A stretch of DNA of 64,000 bases, taken from positions 8,410,390 to 8,474,389 of the forward strand of contig CM082580.2 in NCBI GenBank assembly GCA_040954595.2, read 5' to 3'. Source of the stretch: Balanoglossus misakiensis. Taxonomy: Eukaryota > Animalia > Hemichordata. The position numbers and the translations under genes were made by a program. This document shows, in pieces, positions 49,097 to 63,325 of this stretch. Position 1 is the first letter of the stretch; each line of letters starts with the position of its first letter. Below the pieces are notes generated by a model. It did not search any database. It saw nothing but the letters and a program-made list of their open reading frames with translations, and was not told the DNA's origin.

Positions 49097-51657
49097 AATA
49101 CTTTACAGGCTATACACCTGGATTATTTGTTAGTGAATTGTCATCTCGCCTGAGAAATGTAATATAAAATATATTTGCGAGAGCCCGCGTGCGCTTAAAT
49201 ATCACCCGATTTATAAAAAAAAACAATTCGCAAGAGATACCAGTCTAGTCGCCTACGCATTAACTGCACAAACCACAAAAGTCGAAACCTATATCTGTGA
49301 TCGATATTAGCATTGACAGATGCCCGTTGACGAAGGCTGTGGCGAGCACTTAAACGATAAAGAGTCACTTATCTCGAATTTATGTCAGATAGCACTTTCC
49401 CGCGCATCTGAAGATCTGCATATATATACAGTGCTGTGCATTTCTCCGCACAATCTACTAGAATTCAGTCAGAGCATCTCAATCTAACGGCGTTCATTGC
49501 GGGGGCGTGGATTTCCTGCCTTTTATGCACAACCGTCACACACATTAAATGCGAAAAAAGAGAAAGTCGCAGCTATATTTGACTTCCTTTTATTTTGACT
49601 GACACACAAGCCAGCTAAGGTTACGCGTTTTAAACGAGTTTGCGCGACACATCGATCCGAAATAGATATAAAATTCCGTCGAATTGAAACTTGGAATTGT
49701 GAATTAGGTTGTTCGGCTCCAGGGAGAAAAGGTCTTCTTTTTTAGGCATTTCTTTTCATAGCCAAAGGCGTTCGATGCAGACTGTTTGCGTATCAAGTAT
49801 CCCTGTTGTAATGGTATCTTTGTGGCATGCAAATAAAGCTCGCATCAGACCGTTAGCTCTTAATGTTGGAGACTCTAGAATGGTACAATAGTGCCAACTT
49901 GTTCTGAAGTATATACTCTTCCAAGTGGAATCGGTCCTCAAATGCACATAAACTGGCGGAGGTTGTCCTATGCCACGCTCTTTGCAGGTTTCTATCGGCT
50001 GCTTTTCGGTCAAATTGTAACTCAATGTCATTTCTGAGCATGTACTGAGCGTTTTGTTTCGATTTTGTGAATAAGACTGCGACGGGGGCGATTATGTAGT
50101 ATATAGATGTGGAGGAAATCTTGGGTTATGTAACCAGATATTGGAAACTGAAGATGTTGTCTTACTGAATTAAACAAAATACGTAAAACGAGAGCAATTG
50201 TAATGGCTGCAGCCACAGAACTTATAAAAGTAGCCCCGGGGAGAGTTATAGAAATTGAAGACTTACTTGAACGTTCGTTGAAATGGCTAGTCAGCAGCAG
50301 CTGTGTCTGGGAGCGGGAAAACCCATTCAATCACCCTCCAAGCAAACACGAATTTAAAAGAGAGAAAATGAGTTTAATAGTATCGACACTTCCCCCTCGT
50401 CGACCTTTTACAAATTAAAGATGCATTAATTCATTTAGCGCGGCCGTTACGTTGTTGAAAAACACGGCGCGTATCGGAGGCCATTGTGCAGACTTGATTC
50501 GGTTAAGAAAACGGTCGGTGCAAGTCTTGAAACCTTTGATTGTTAAACGCCTTGCCTGAGCTGTTATTCACTGCGGCAGAGGGGAGTATTCTTTGACTTT
50601 CTTCGATCAACTTGAATTCATCAGCTGGCGCCCGCGTCCTATTAAGGAGTTCCGGGTATGCACATTTTTTTACGTTCGTGCAATCAGCCAGTGTTGTTTA
50701 GGAGCAATTTGTCTGCATTAGCAAAGGACAAAGCACTAAAAGTTAGTTTGCTTGGGACCATTTTAGCTACGTCAAACTCATGACAAATGCTACGTGCATG
50801 CACTTCAAGGCTCGGTATGGCCATGTCTGTTAATACTATTTTGGCAAACGTTAATGCAAGAACTGTGATATTAATATGCAAATGAGATATCTCACTAACC
50901 TTAATACCTACTTTCTATGGCATACCACCTCTGTGCCTGATTGTCGTATTTCTCTGACATTTGAGAAAAGTGATATTATACCACAAAAAAAACACTAAAT
51001 TTGATTAATATCATTTTTGTCTGCTTGCGGAAAGTACTTTGTAATGTTTCTTCCTGATAGTACCTCATTAGCTTTTCCGAACCCGCACTAATCATTGATT
51101 GTGCCACAGATTGCTAAAGATAGCACAGGGAAATATTAAAGTTCAACTGAGAACAGAACTGCTCATGCAGAAGTAATGCTCAGTTCTCATTCACATCCTC
51201 ATTTGTACTATAAACAACAAACAAATCGCTTGTTTCCATTTCAATGGTACTCTCGGTTCGCGATAGAACGCTCCAGTTACAATCTATGCGATCAAGGGTA
51301 CCTTATCAGTGAACGGAATGTGTTCCCGTGTTTGGAAATAAAATTACTAAAAATATGCAACTTGGCAATAAATTTGATCGTATTAAACTGTTCGATTTCT
51401 TCTAAGACGATACTGTGATATTTGGTGGATGTACGGCGAGTGCTTTTACAAGAGCAGAATTTGTAATCAATACGCGGTCCGAAGAGAGCGACCATATAGA
51501 CAGAGTGTAGACATCCCTAATGACAGGTATTGAACAAGTTGAAGGTGGGGTTAATGAGATGTCAGAATAGAGCGAACCCGTGACCTTTCGATTTCCAAAT
51601 GTTACTACGGACGGGAGGGCGCTGCTCCGAACCGTAGGTATGTTTCCCGCCATTACT

Positions 51658-51679
51658 CCCCCCCCCCCCCCCCCCCCCC
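51658..51679. repeat. Poly(C) tract of 22 nt (poly-G on the minus strand, G-quadruplex-capable)
   Basis: Directly visible homopolymer. Confidence 0.9.
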
Positions 51680-54600
51680 GTTGACAGAAAGCCTAACCCT
51701 TTTACCTATCAGCCGGTGGCACGTCTTTTGAAGCGGTTTTGACTCATAATCGCCTCTCTGTCTTCGAGGATTTACCATACTGATTTGTTGTGGTAGGTAC
51801 ATTTTACAGTGTTTAAAAAGCCAGACTCGTAACTGAGTACGTCTATTGCTTAGGTGAATTTGAGAAGCCCACTCAGACAGAATCGAATCGAAGCTGTAAA
51901 TTTGTGGTCTATTTTTAAACAGGTATGAGTACTGCCGCAGCGTGTCTGTCTTTTTAGTGCCATGAAAGAGCCTGGACAATCGGAGATAAAATATCGCGAA
52001 TTTAACTGCAAGATTCCCAGACACAGCTTTTCCGAGTCATTTACATAAGTTAACTATTTTCAACGTTCAAAATCAACCTATTACATATTTTAGATATTAC
52101 GGAGTGTGTGCATATCGCGTCTTCAAGGAGAATTGGCGAAAAGTAACACATCTCCTATTTCTAGTTTAAGCACTTGTGTATTTCAAAGTACTATAGTCTG
52201 AGAAGGTTCTGGCATGCGTGTAACCTTGGGGCAACCGACAGTCTCGGCGGTTGACAGCGCACTATATATGCGGTATTTTTAGATAGTATGTGCCGATTAC
52301 CTCGGTAAAGTGCGTGGGGGGTTTTCCTGTTCCTTTCAAAACATTTTCGAGATTTCCCCCACTTGTGATTGACATGAATGTGGACTCACGAACCGGCAGC
52401 GATGCTTCTGCATTGTCGATTGGCAATCATATTAATTACAAATCGCTAGTTGGGAACGAAATCATTTAAAAGGAAATTGTTTTTTTTTTATAAAAACAGA
52501 GAGCGAAAAGAGACTCGTCAATAATGAAAAGGTGTGTATGCCCTACTTTTGTGCTATACCAAACTAAATATAGTCAGCGACAACATATATAGCCAACAGA
52601 TGGTTTACCGCTCATGGCGAGATCTCGCGAGACTTGGTTAATTACCGTAGCAACGGGTTGGTAGCCAAATACTTTCAAGCGCTGTATGAAACTAGAATAG
52701 GTGCAGTATTTAACAAAAAAATTAACTTTGGGGTTGTGTATTCATTTGTTGTTTCTCTGAATCGCGAAACTAAGGAGTATATGCACGACAAGCACTTAAT
52801 AGTTAATAACATGAATAACATTCTAGGTAATTTAGGTGCCAGAATAAAATCACGACACAGTGACAGACGAGAAATCGTACAGTATTGTGTCTTATCTCGC
52901 AATAAATCATAACTGTAACAGCAGGGAAACTGGCGCGTTTCCGGAATTACGATCTTTGATTTCAAGCGATTGAAAGGGTCAACTGAACTTTGCATTGCCA
53001 ATTGTCACGAGCGGAATCTTACCCACGTGCGCTGTCTCAAATGACATTGACCTCAGGAAATAAGATACATACAGAGATACATATATATTACTGTGCGAAG
53101 ACACACTGCGCAAATAAAGCTTTACCAAATTGATTCAAAACATGTAAAAATTGGGCTGTCACTGAGGATTTCTGATCAAACCAGATAAAAAACTAAGCGA
53201 TTTACCAAAATAGTCATTTATGTCGAAGAGACAGTATCCGTTGGTATGATACCATTTTATTCTATGCGTAAATTATTAAATAACTTTTATTGGAATTGAT
53301 GTTGCTATATCCATCTGGTGTTTAAGTCGATTCAGGGTTTTTTTATTGACTGATGAGGATGACTTTTTGACATTTTGCTGAAATTGCAAATCTGTTTATC
53401 TTTCGTTTGCAAAGCAAGAGCCGAGGCTTTGCGCAAGAAAATCGGTCTACATTACTTCAGGGCGATGATGGTTCATTGAATCCGACCGGTCACGAAATCA
53501 AGATACTTGAACGAAATCAAGCATCGGCACGTGATGTGCATCTGAAAGTGGTTTTCACGTCGCATCTTCCAGGAATAGCTCAACCATGTAATATTCATAA
53601 ACTGGAGATTAAGAAGGCATTAACGCACGGCTTCATGAAAGCCATGTGTAGGCGTAAATATGTAAACAGTGACTGGAATCTGATTTCAGCATCCCCAACC
53701 TTTCAAATAAGACATTCCGGCACAGATATGTGTTTTTATTGAAATACGCCACTAATTAAATTCACACTCATACAAACATTCATGTACATACTTCGAAAAC
53801 TCGTGTATTTCACACAATTGTTTATCCAAAAAACATGGAGTTAATTTGCTGATGAGCTGTTCCCATGGTTGCCAATCGTGCACGACACCAGTGCCGTTCC
53901 GAGTGACTAAGCTTGAAATAAAAGAAACAAGTGAAGAATGAAAAATTTACTAGTGAGTCAAACGGCACGATCTTTATCTAGTTGAAGTACAATTGCAACT
54001 GCACTAAAGACCGTGTGTGTCACCAAATTGAAAAGCGAGCAATACGGCCATACCGTCTGTGTGTATTAGCATGATTACTAGAAAAAAACAATCTCGCTCA
54101 AAGCGATGATATCGAGGGTGGGTGCCCTGCGGCAATGGAATGCTCCAGTCGAATGATGAATTGTAATAAACAGACCCTCCTCAGTTGCATTTCTTCGTCC
54201 AACTCAGGTGAATAGTGTTGTTATTCAACTAAATATGCACTTTTTATTACCACTGGAGTTTACATATTTAGTCTTACACGTGGGAGTGAAACTAAAAATT
54301 GCCACTTTTTTTATGTAAGGGAGGGATCCGAGAACATTTTGCGTTGAAGCCATTAAGCCCCTTTTTCAACGACGACTCAAACCCGATACGTGTATATACC
54401 TTGAAAGGCAGTGTTAGTTGAGTCTCGGGTATATTCAAATGTGTAAAGACTGGCAGTTCTGAGATTTCCTGCATAAAACCCAAGTAAATTATTGTTTGTC
54501 ATAATGTGCCTGTGTAAATCGACGACTGCATGCCAGAAAACGGGAGTCCTTTTTAAAAAAAATCTCATTTATAATTCACAACCACGTTTAAGCACAATTT

Positions 54601-57600
54601 TTTATGATAAAGGCTGTATTTCGGGCTATTTGTACAAAAGCTGTAGTTAAACACTTTGGTCGACGACCACAAATGCCATTCGCTTAAAACGCACCTGATC
54701 GACTCAATTAAACACGTCTCCACAATACTCAAATTACCCGTTTCCCTGTTCGGGTACACATTTGACATTTGGAACGACACCATTTTGATTTCTCACTTTA
54801 CCATTAAAATGACATTTGGCTTCATTGAAGTAAGTAAGGGGATACTAGTACATTTTAGCGTAGTTTACTAAAGCGCTGGTCCCAATTAGTTGGCCTATAA
54901 ATGCCGTCCAAAATAACTAACAGTCGTGCTAAAGTGAACCACTTCCGCCTCGCCTCAACTTGACGTGCTATTCGCACACTATATCGGCGACTGACGAATC
55001 GCACCAGTGACCTATATATTTTATAGTATATTAAGACACCCAGAACTTGTCGCGAGTTCATGACGTCACACCTGTTATGCAGGCAACCATCGGAACAATC
55101 CCAGAGGCCAAAGTTAACTAGTTTCCTTTGGTGTTTCAAGGTGTATACAGTCACTTCTAATTTACATATGTCAGTTTGTGGCTTTAACTGTACAGTTTGT
55201 TCAGTTTGTCTCGGGGTTAATGAAATTAAGGTAGCAGTAATTGAATTATTTTGATGTTAATGTAGAAATATTTTTCAAATTTATTAAACTTATTGAGTTG
55301 CATTACGCGCATGCATTACGGCTGTGTCTGACGCCCATCGCTGTCTGTCTGAAAAAAGACACCTAGCGCCATGGAGACAAGCTGTTCAGACGTGAAACGA
55401 AATTATTAGCAACTTAACATCCCATGTCGAATACTCGTCATGTCGATCATTCATGAACGCCGTCGCTGTTGCGAGTCGCCCTTGGCAACTGCGCTCGAGT
55501 TGGACTCAATTTAACTTTAACAGCGGGACCTCGTCAAATTTGATAGTGTTGATATAGACCCGAACTACGATGGAGATAACACAGGTCATTAGAGGCCGTA
55601 ATCGGGGCCGTAAACACTTTCACAAGAATTGACCTTCGGCGGCTCCGATTTGATACGTGTCACATCAAACTTCCGCCGACAACAAAATGTGCTCCCGTGA
55701 TGGGTAGCACCGCCCTTCGGATAATTAATTTAATCTTCGGGTTTGTTTTTCCCTTTGTGAAACAAATTTCAGATTGAATTATTTTTCAACCTACCTGCCG
55801 GAAACGAAAAATCATTTGTAAGCTGACTCGTGCGTAGACGATGACGTCGTGAAATATGAAATTTGCATATCGTCCTCCCTGTTTACAAACATGTATGTAA
55901 TTCTATATGGAGTAGACTCACGCATGTCAAAAAATAAAGTCAAAATATTTTCTTATTTTGTTCGTATGATTAAAAAATATTTCCTATAAAATCCCAGGCC
56001 ATCCTGCTGAGACTCATATACTGAATATTAGAAAACAGACTCGCGAAATAGTTTTTAAAATTCATGATATTTGATATGTGAAAATGTGTAGAAACACGGT
56101 AATTTTGTAACTTTAAAAATAACCTATATGTATATAGGAAAGGCACTCTTTAAATAGATATTCAATTTTCTCTTCTCGTTGTGAATGCTGTCCTAATTAA
56201 GATTGAAACGGGACATCGAAGCACTGGATGAGAGAATTAAGTCGTGCGATTGTGATAATGAATTGTCCATTCCAATAACGAAGCTATTTTGGGAATGTCA
56301 AAGTGTATGCATCCGATGAATGAAATGTGGTTAAAACTAAGGTCATAACAATGAACTCGCAAAGATACGTCTAAATCAAGGGATCATATTGTCGATGCCA
56401 AGTTTCAATTGATATAAACAGCTTCTTGCAGTTATTCATATTACCGTTGTAAATCAGGACCTTCGTAACTGTCCTATTAGTTAACGCTGGGCCACTGAAC
56501 ATGAATTTCAATAATTCTTTGTAAGCCTCTTTGTTTATACAGTGATGACCTTATAGCCTCCTTCTCCTTATATTGAGGTTCTTTAGTATTCGAGTCGAAA
56601 GGGGATAACTTCAATTAATATCCAAAATGTAAAATCAGACGAGTCAAATAATAATGGAAAAGTCATTTGTTATGTTATTTAATATAACATATTAAAAGTT
56701 TAACATTTCGCGGATTCGGTTACGTATTGAGCCTGTCATTATTTAGCATAGTATGCGGGAAACCTATTTCAATCAAACAGTCAGTGTTCTGTTATTACAT
56801 GTATAATGATGCATTGGTTTTTGAGCATATTCCCTATCGAGCTTGGAATAAGTCAATTAGAACCAGACATGAACGGCCTGGGGGACAAACCAGAGTCAAT
56901 ATACTCACAGTTCTTTTGCAACGGGAAAGTTGTCGTTGATTAAAGCAAAGGCTTAAAATGTGGGCATGAATCGACGACCGTGGCTGTGCATAGGCCCCGG
57001 CGCTGATTACATCTTGGTTGTACAAGGCTCGCAATACACTGAGTGTTCAAATCCAAAATACGCATAGCCGTGCAAACTGCACCATCTGAATGTGCAATGA
57101 CAAGCTTGTAACAGGATTTCGACATACATCACATACGGCAACAGGTTATCTGGATATAGTTACATGATCTCTATACGTGTTACTGTTGACTTAATGTGCG
57201 CAAAAGTTTCATGTGGCAACGACGGGTGAACTTGGTGGTGGTGAACACTGTTTAGTAGAAATCCAGCGAGTAAGAAACAGGCGATGAAACATACTGTCCA
57301 GACAACCACCTTCGCAACAGTTTCCAGATATAGCACTGGACAATGTAGGGTATATTAAGAACATGGTGGGCCTTCTTAAAACGCGCAAGCTTATAAGAAA
57401 AAATAAGACAAAAATATACACATATTGTTATTTGGGTACAGAAATTCCAGTAAAATTTGACTAAAATGTCGACTAAGCTGTTTCCTTACCTTTTATACTG
57501 CTATCTGCGTGGGGCTGGTAGTATGTTTCAGCTCGCCGTTTGTCAAGTTCACAGTTCGATGTGGTTCAAACACCGCCAAGGGAGCAAGTTAACCTCCATA

Positions 57601-58200
57601 ACACGTTCTCTCTCCTTCGAATACCGAAGTCTGTCGCCAAGGTGACTTTTGTGACGTTCTCACTGGTGGTTTATTACCCGTGGCCTATGGATTTCTTAGG
57701 ACAGCGGTCCAATCAGAATCCGTGTTACAGTGACACGGATTACGTGTAATTACTTTCTCCTTAACGTATTCTAAGAACTTTCGAGAATCCTATAAGTACC
57801 GCTCATACAGGTATAAAAAATACCAAACCCTTGAATCGTGTATTTTTTTCTTTCATTATTTACATTCACTATATAAAGCATGCCTACAAAGACCACAACT
57901 AGTTCCGCGTCGATGCGTTTTGATTAAATTTCAAATCCAGCCACGGGAGACCCATAAAAAAGTGCATTTTGAATATATTTTATCGTGGTGCCATATCCCA
58001 GTCAGGTGGTCAGAATGCATTCATTGACGTTGATTCAGCTATACATGGAACGGAATTTCGCGATAAATGCCGGCTAGCAGATATAGCAAACATTATTTTA
58101 ATCCTACGATCTGTGGTTGTCCTATGAATCAGGAAATGAATGGAGCTGAGTATGGTACGATCAAGAGTACACACCCAAACTATTCTGGACATGTAATATA

Positions 58201-58712
58201 TTAAAGGCACGTAAGCTGTAACTTTTGGGATAATTTTCATAATTTTTGTTTCAAACTGCACTACCATTAGTCCATGCAGATGAAGGCAGTGAACTATACA
58301 CAAGCATTATGAACCCTAAATACGAGTGCATATGCAAGTTTTAACCAGATAAATAATAAAGCTTTGCCGCAAGCGATTATGGCCGCCACCGTGGGAAAAT
58401 GAAAGAAACAATGAAAATGTCGCATTTCCGGTTGTGAAACTTCATAAACAAAACATGATCTCATCCACTTGAGCTCATGGAAGTAAATGTACACCACTGA
58501 GACATCAGATTTTCATTTTTCATTGCAATATTGCACTTTTTTTAAAATTGCAGGAATTTTCGTTTTTCTTTAATTTTTGGCCATTTTGTCATAAATAAGT
58601 GTTGAGCTTGATATATTATCATGAAATAGCATTTAATAGATATAATTAAAAACATATATGAGATTATTTAAAACTTTAATTTTTTATCCAGTTGCAGCTT
58701 ACGTGCCTTTAA
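58201..58712. mobile_element. Non-autonomous Kolobok-type MITE (about 504 bp) with TTAA target-site duplication
   Basis: TTAA-AGGCACGTAAGCTGTAACT ... AGTTGCAGCTTACGTGCCT-TTAA: 19-bp TIRs with one mismatch. AG...CT termini with a TTAA TSD fit Kolobok; piggyBac would start with CC. Confidence 0.8.
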
Positions 58713-58870
58713 AGGAACACTGTCACCTGTGCAAATTTAGCCACGGCTACCATGACTAATTGTTAGATTTTCACGGGGTGGCAAAATGAAAAGAGCGCCA
58801 CCAAGACTCAGACACGCCTTTTAAACCATATATGGATATATGTAAATTAAAGGTGATTACTCGCCTTTAA
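58709..58870 (+). mobile_element. Second Kolobok-like element sharing the TTAA of the first
   Basis: TTAA-AGGAACACTGTCACCT...AGGTGATTACTCGCCT-TTAA, an imperfect TIR with identical spacing. The left end belongs to the family seen at about 9420 and 14600. Confidence 0.55.
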
Positions 58871-61507
58871 GACTGTCACGTTTAACTTATAAAGCGGTTA
58901 ATCGATGTTTCCCATTTTTGCATGAGTTCTTGTGGGCATTTATCTTGACCTTGACCCCGGAAGGTAACGACCACCGAAGGGTTTCTAAGATTGATCGCCG
59001 CGCGGAAATGAGAAATAATCCCAGATCACCTTCGGGGACGCGTCAGCGCTCGATTGGCACATTGGACTGTGGTCACGAGTTTTTGCACAGTCACATATCC
59101 GGGTTGTTAACGCCATGAACGCTTGGTATGAACGGAGAAGCACTCCGCCGTCTTCATCTTCTGATTAGAAACCCGCCAGAGAAGTTCCAGCAGTGCACAG
59201 TATTCGAGATTTCTCTCACGATGCTCTAATTAATTGCCTATCAATCGACGCCGGCGAATTCCATCGCCGAATTTGCGAAGTCTAATCGAATAGCGTTTAA
59301 TGAGTTACTCCCATATTGGGTATGCACGCATCCGGCACCATTTTGTATGTGTCGCAGATGTACACTCATAAACACGATAACTGTACTGAATAGTTTATAC
59401 TTTTGCTGGCAGATGGTCTGCCGAACGAATGAAACCAATTTATAGCCCTGGTGGGGATCTCATTAGCAATAATGAGGAGGGAATCATTACCTGTTGAACT
59501 TGTGTGCGTCTTTTGTTATTTCTCATGGTGACTATTGATTTGGTTGAACGTCCTTCGTATTATATGAGCTTGGCACCACGCGAGGCAGATATTATTTCGA
59601 TGGACTTGGACAATAAATGCACTGATCAAGGTCGCTCGAAATATTCAGAAATATGTATTTTTTCTGATGCACCAAGTGACAAATGTAGACTATACAACCG
59701 TGTGTAACGCATCATTGACACTTTGCATTCGGGTTTTTTTCTCGGATGCACCAAGGAAAAAAACTGAAAAGAAAGGTGCGGCGACCTATAATTAAATATT
59801 CGTCGATTTAGTAAAACAACGCGAATACTTAGTACAAGCCGGTGGCAGAGCTAATTTCCCCCGTCGCCCAGAAGACGATTCGGTATCCACACGCAAATCG
59901 CTTCGCAGGTTCAAGAAGCCTCTTGACTTCAAGGATTCCTCAAGGATGTTTAAAGCGTTCTTGTAGAGCGGTGGAAAATTAGGAATGCTATTGGGATGAC
60001 CCGCTAATTACTCATCGACACAAATTTAATAACATTCGCTACGTGACATTGCTGTCTATAGAAGGACCTGCGAGGACGGATGACCCCTCAGTATTGCTGT
60101 GTTGTGCAAGTGACATGTTACTTTATATGTTTCTCATAGGGGATTGTACCTGAAATGTCTTGGCAATGTGTTTTTACAGACTCCTTCGCGAAAGCAGCGG
60201 TTTATACACGGGAATAAAACGTGTGTTACGACACCACAAATTCCGGGAGATGTGAGCTACCATTAGCATAGGCCTTCCAGGATACGATGCGAGACATGCC
60301 CTCTGTTGTACGTCCACGACTGAATTTTCAGAGCTACGGTTCTCCGTGAACCGATCGACGCGACGACACAGCCAACGCTAATCTCGCCTGCTCACACTTC
60401 GCTTGCATGAAAGCTGCCAATCGATAACCCCCGCGTAACACGAGTTGATAAACAGTCAATTACGCACGGGTTCGCGGTTCGTGAATCAGCGTGCGCGCGG
60501 CGGCTGCCTTAGACGCACGTATGCGTAACCGGCCTGTGCCGGCGACCGCTTCAGCGCGACACTTTAATCAGGTATTGTCTTGTGAAGAGCGGTGAAGCGT
60601 TAACGAAAATTCTATTATTGCCGCCGCGATATATTTTTGAAGGATCGAACACCTACTACATATCACGTTTCATTCGTCACTGAATACGACTATCTCAGTA
60701 GTGCTATTTTTATGTGCGTCACCGTCTCATCCCGGTGTCTGTCAGATCCACTCGATAGTTGACATTTAAAGCTCCAATAGCTGCCATTAAATGGTACCAC
60801 ACTCTTTTATTTAGCCGCCAATTACAAGAGTGCTTTCTTTATGCGGTGACGTAAGTACAAGAATATCTACAAATTTGAAATTTGTCGTCTGTTGGCTAAG
60901 GGTGACGAGAAGATTAAGATTTAAGTTTTTCATTGATTAAAAAGCTAAATTAGGCAGATATTGTGGGTTCGCCTTACTAAAAACAATCGTTTAATATAGC
61001 ATTGGAAATGCCCTATAGCGTCTATACAATCTCATATGGTTTAGAACAGAAAACGGGTGCTATCTTTGATCCTGAGAGAATAAATGGTCAGCCTCCGGTA
61101 GAAAGTATTTCCGCGTTGGATTTTCTGCGATAACCCCACCCTCGAAGACATATATTCTCACCCTGTCTCCGACAATCCGACAGGTGGCAGTTTTGTTAAC
61201 ACATAAAGGGGGAATTCCGAAGTCACAGTCCCAATAGAATCGGATCATCTGCATAGTGGCGGTCCGGTGCAATCACAGGTGTTTAATGCCTCGAGTTTTG
61301 CATATTTGTCAGGTAATAAAATCTTGCTTCGGTGCAGTAGAGTTTTGTGAAATCCGAGTGTACAAAAATCTATTGGCAGCAGGAAATTAACCCACTCACA
61401 GTATATTATATTTGGATATTTTTTTAAAAGGGTGATGATGACGTGTCATGCCGGGATTTCTGACTAAACAGTCGCGCTTGACTGACCCAAACACGCCCGG
61501 ATGTTGA

Positions 61508-61521
61508 TGACGTCAATGACG
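61508..61521. promoter_or_regulatory. CRE plus half-CRE upstream of paralog B
   Basis: TGACGTCA-A-TGACG about 1.3 kb before the ATG; function unproven. Confidence 0.25.
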
Positions 61522-62845
61522 AGATCCCGGCAGTACGTGTGCGTTTTAGTTCTGATTTATCAACGTGGAGTACCGGGTATGCACGCACACATGTACCGGC
61601 AGCTGACTTTAAAACTTGATTTCGGTCAAAATGTAATTGAACGAGGGTGTGGACGAATCTGCTGAGAGAGAGAGTGAAAGAAAAGCAAGGTTGGTAACGA
61701 AAAGTGGGTCCGGCGGACTGAGGGGAAGAGTCCATTTGCAGTTTTTTTCTGCCTTCGGTAAATGACTGTGTTTCACTCAAGCTTAGGCAGACACTCGGAG
61801 CAATTAATGTCCTTACACTTGTTTTCAATCACAGTTGTTGACACGACGAATTCACCGTGAGCTCTCCGGTACCGCCGTGTCCCCCAAAAGAGGCCAGCTC
61901 TCGAGCAAGGAAAAGTGTTTACGCTTATTTCAGCTAATAATGCGTGCCAATGTGCTGTTTGTTCTAGCGAACGCTACTGGTGCTCTCTGTTTTCTTTTCG
62001 GGTCTCCGCCAGCGTCAGAATGTTGACATCGCCGTCATACTCGCGGCCATCTGTGAGCTGAGCTAACCCTAACAACACAACGCAGGTTGTTGCGAATGTT
62101 TTTAGACGTAAATGTAATGTTTTCTCCCCTTTCGTTCATGCGCAGATTGAACCTGTTTTTGGTGACCGACTGACGGAGTGCTGGGGAGAGGCCGGTAATA
62201 TCTCGTTGGTGCAACTCAGTGCAAAGACGTCTCCTGTGTGGTGCTGCTACAGATGAAATAATTCATTGTGCCTCGAGTGTGAAATAAAACCTGTCGAAAC
62301 AGCGTCGGCGAGCGAGAGCTACTTAGAGCAGCCGTTTCCATTGTGAGCGGTTGTCATCATTTAGCATTCTTTCATCGTGTTTCAAGGGGAGTAAGCCGAA
62401 ACGCCAACGTCGACGTCAGCGCTCTCGGCTATAGCTACTGAAATAGTATCTCCAGTCGTCGGCGAATTTGCTTTCTGAAAATGTGCGGGAACACTGTTGT
62501 CATTTACAGGTGACGGAAGAAACCTCCCCCCGACGAGCGTTGAATTCAGCACGCTGGTGATAGAAACAAAACTTCTCAAAGGTGGATTTTCCATAAAACC
62601 GCGGCCGTCGATATTTTGTCGACTCGATCGACGTTACCCGGTGCTACCTGCGAGAGACTGGCAGGCATTTACTGTCGTCTGGCATCGGGCTCTCCGTATA
62701 GTCTAGCTGGCTCCACCAACGGCGAACTTCAATATGTGCGGATGACTATATCGTTTCTCATACGTCGTTAACGCTTGTACCAGGAGCGTCCACTCGCGTG
62801 ACGACCGTCTCGTGTATACTAGTATACACCCCACAAGTTAACATT

Positions 62846-63325
62846 ATGGCAGGCAACACTATTGGCCGAGAGGGTGCTCTGTTGTCCGCGGACAACGACA
62901 ATGGCAGTTTGGAACTGAAGCCTACCAACTCATCACCCTTGGACTCTCTCTACAATTTACTGTTGGAAACGACGCAGCGAACAGCCGCCGCGAATTTCAC
63001 GGAGAACGCCACGCTGGACAATCTCAACTCGACGCAGGCAGCGAACGACACCACTCTGTCGCCCCATCCCATGTTCGTGGAGACCTGGCTCATGCCGGCG
63101 GTATTTACTCTGATTTTCCTGGTCGGCGTCACCGGCAACTTCTTGGTGATCTTCGTCATCTTGAAACACAAACGGATGAGGACGACTACCAACTTTTACA
63201 TCCTTAGTCTAGCGATATCTGATTTCTCGTTTCTTCTCTTCTGCGTACCGTTCACTGCAACAGTTAACACAACTCAGTGGTACTACGGTAGTTTCATGTG
63301 TAAATTCAGCTTCTACCTTATCAAC
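62846..63325 (+). CDS. Kisspeptin-type GPCR paralog B, coding exon 1; the gene continues beyond the window
   Basis: ATG at 62846; 160 codons ending FYLIN|gtaagt at the same phase-0 position as paralog A. 76 of 88 residues are identical to paralog A from PHP to FYLIN. Candidate 5'-UTR acceptor catttacAG at 62508-62509. Confidence 0.93.

Noticed and set aside
35000-62500. Search for a neuropeptide precursor (signal peptide plus amidated peptide-G-KR/RR) or canonical REST/RE1 sites between the receptors
   Set aside because: No convincing precursor motif and only partial RE1 half-sites by eye; small multi-exon precursors cannot be excluded without transcript data.
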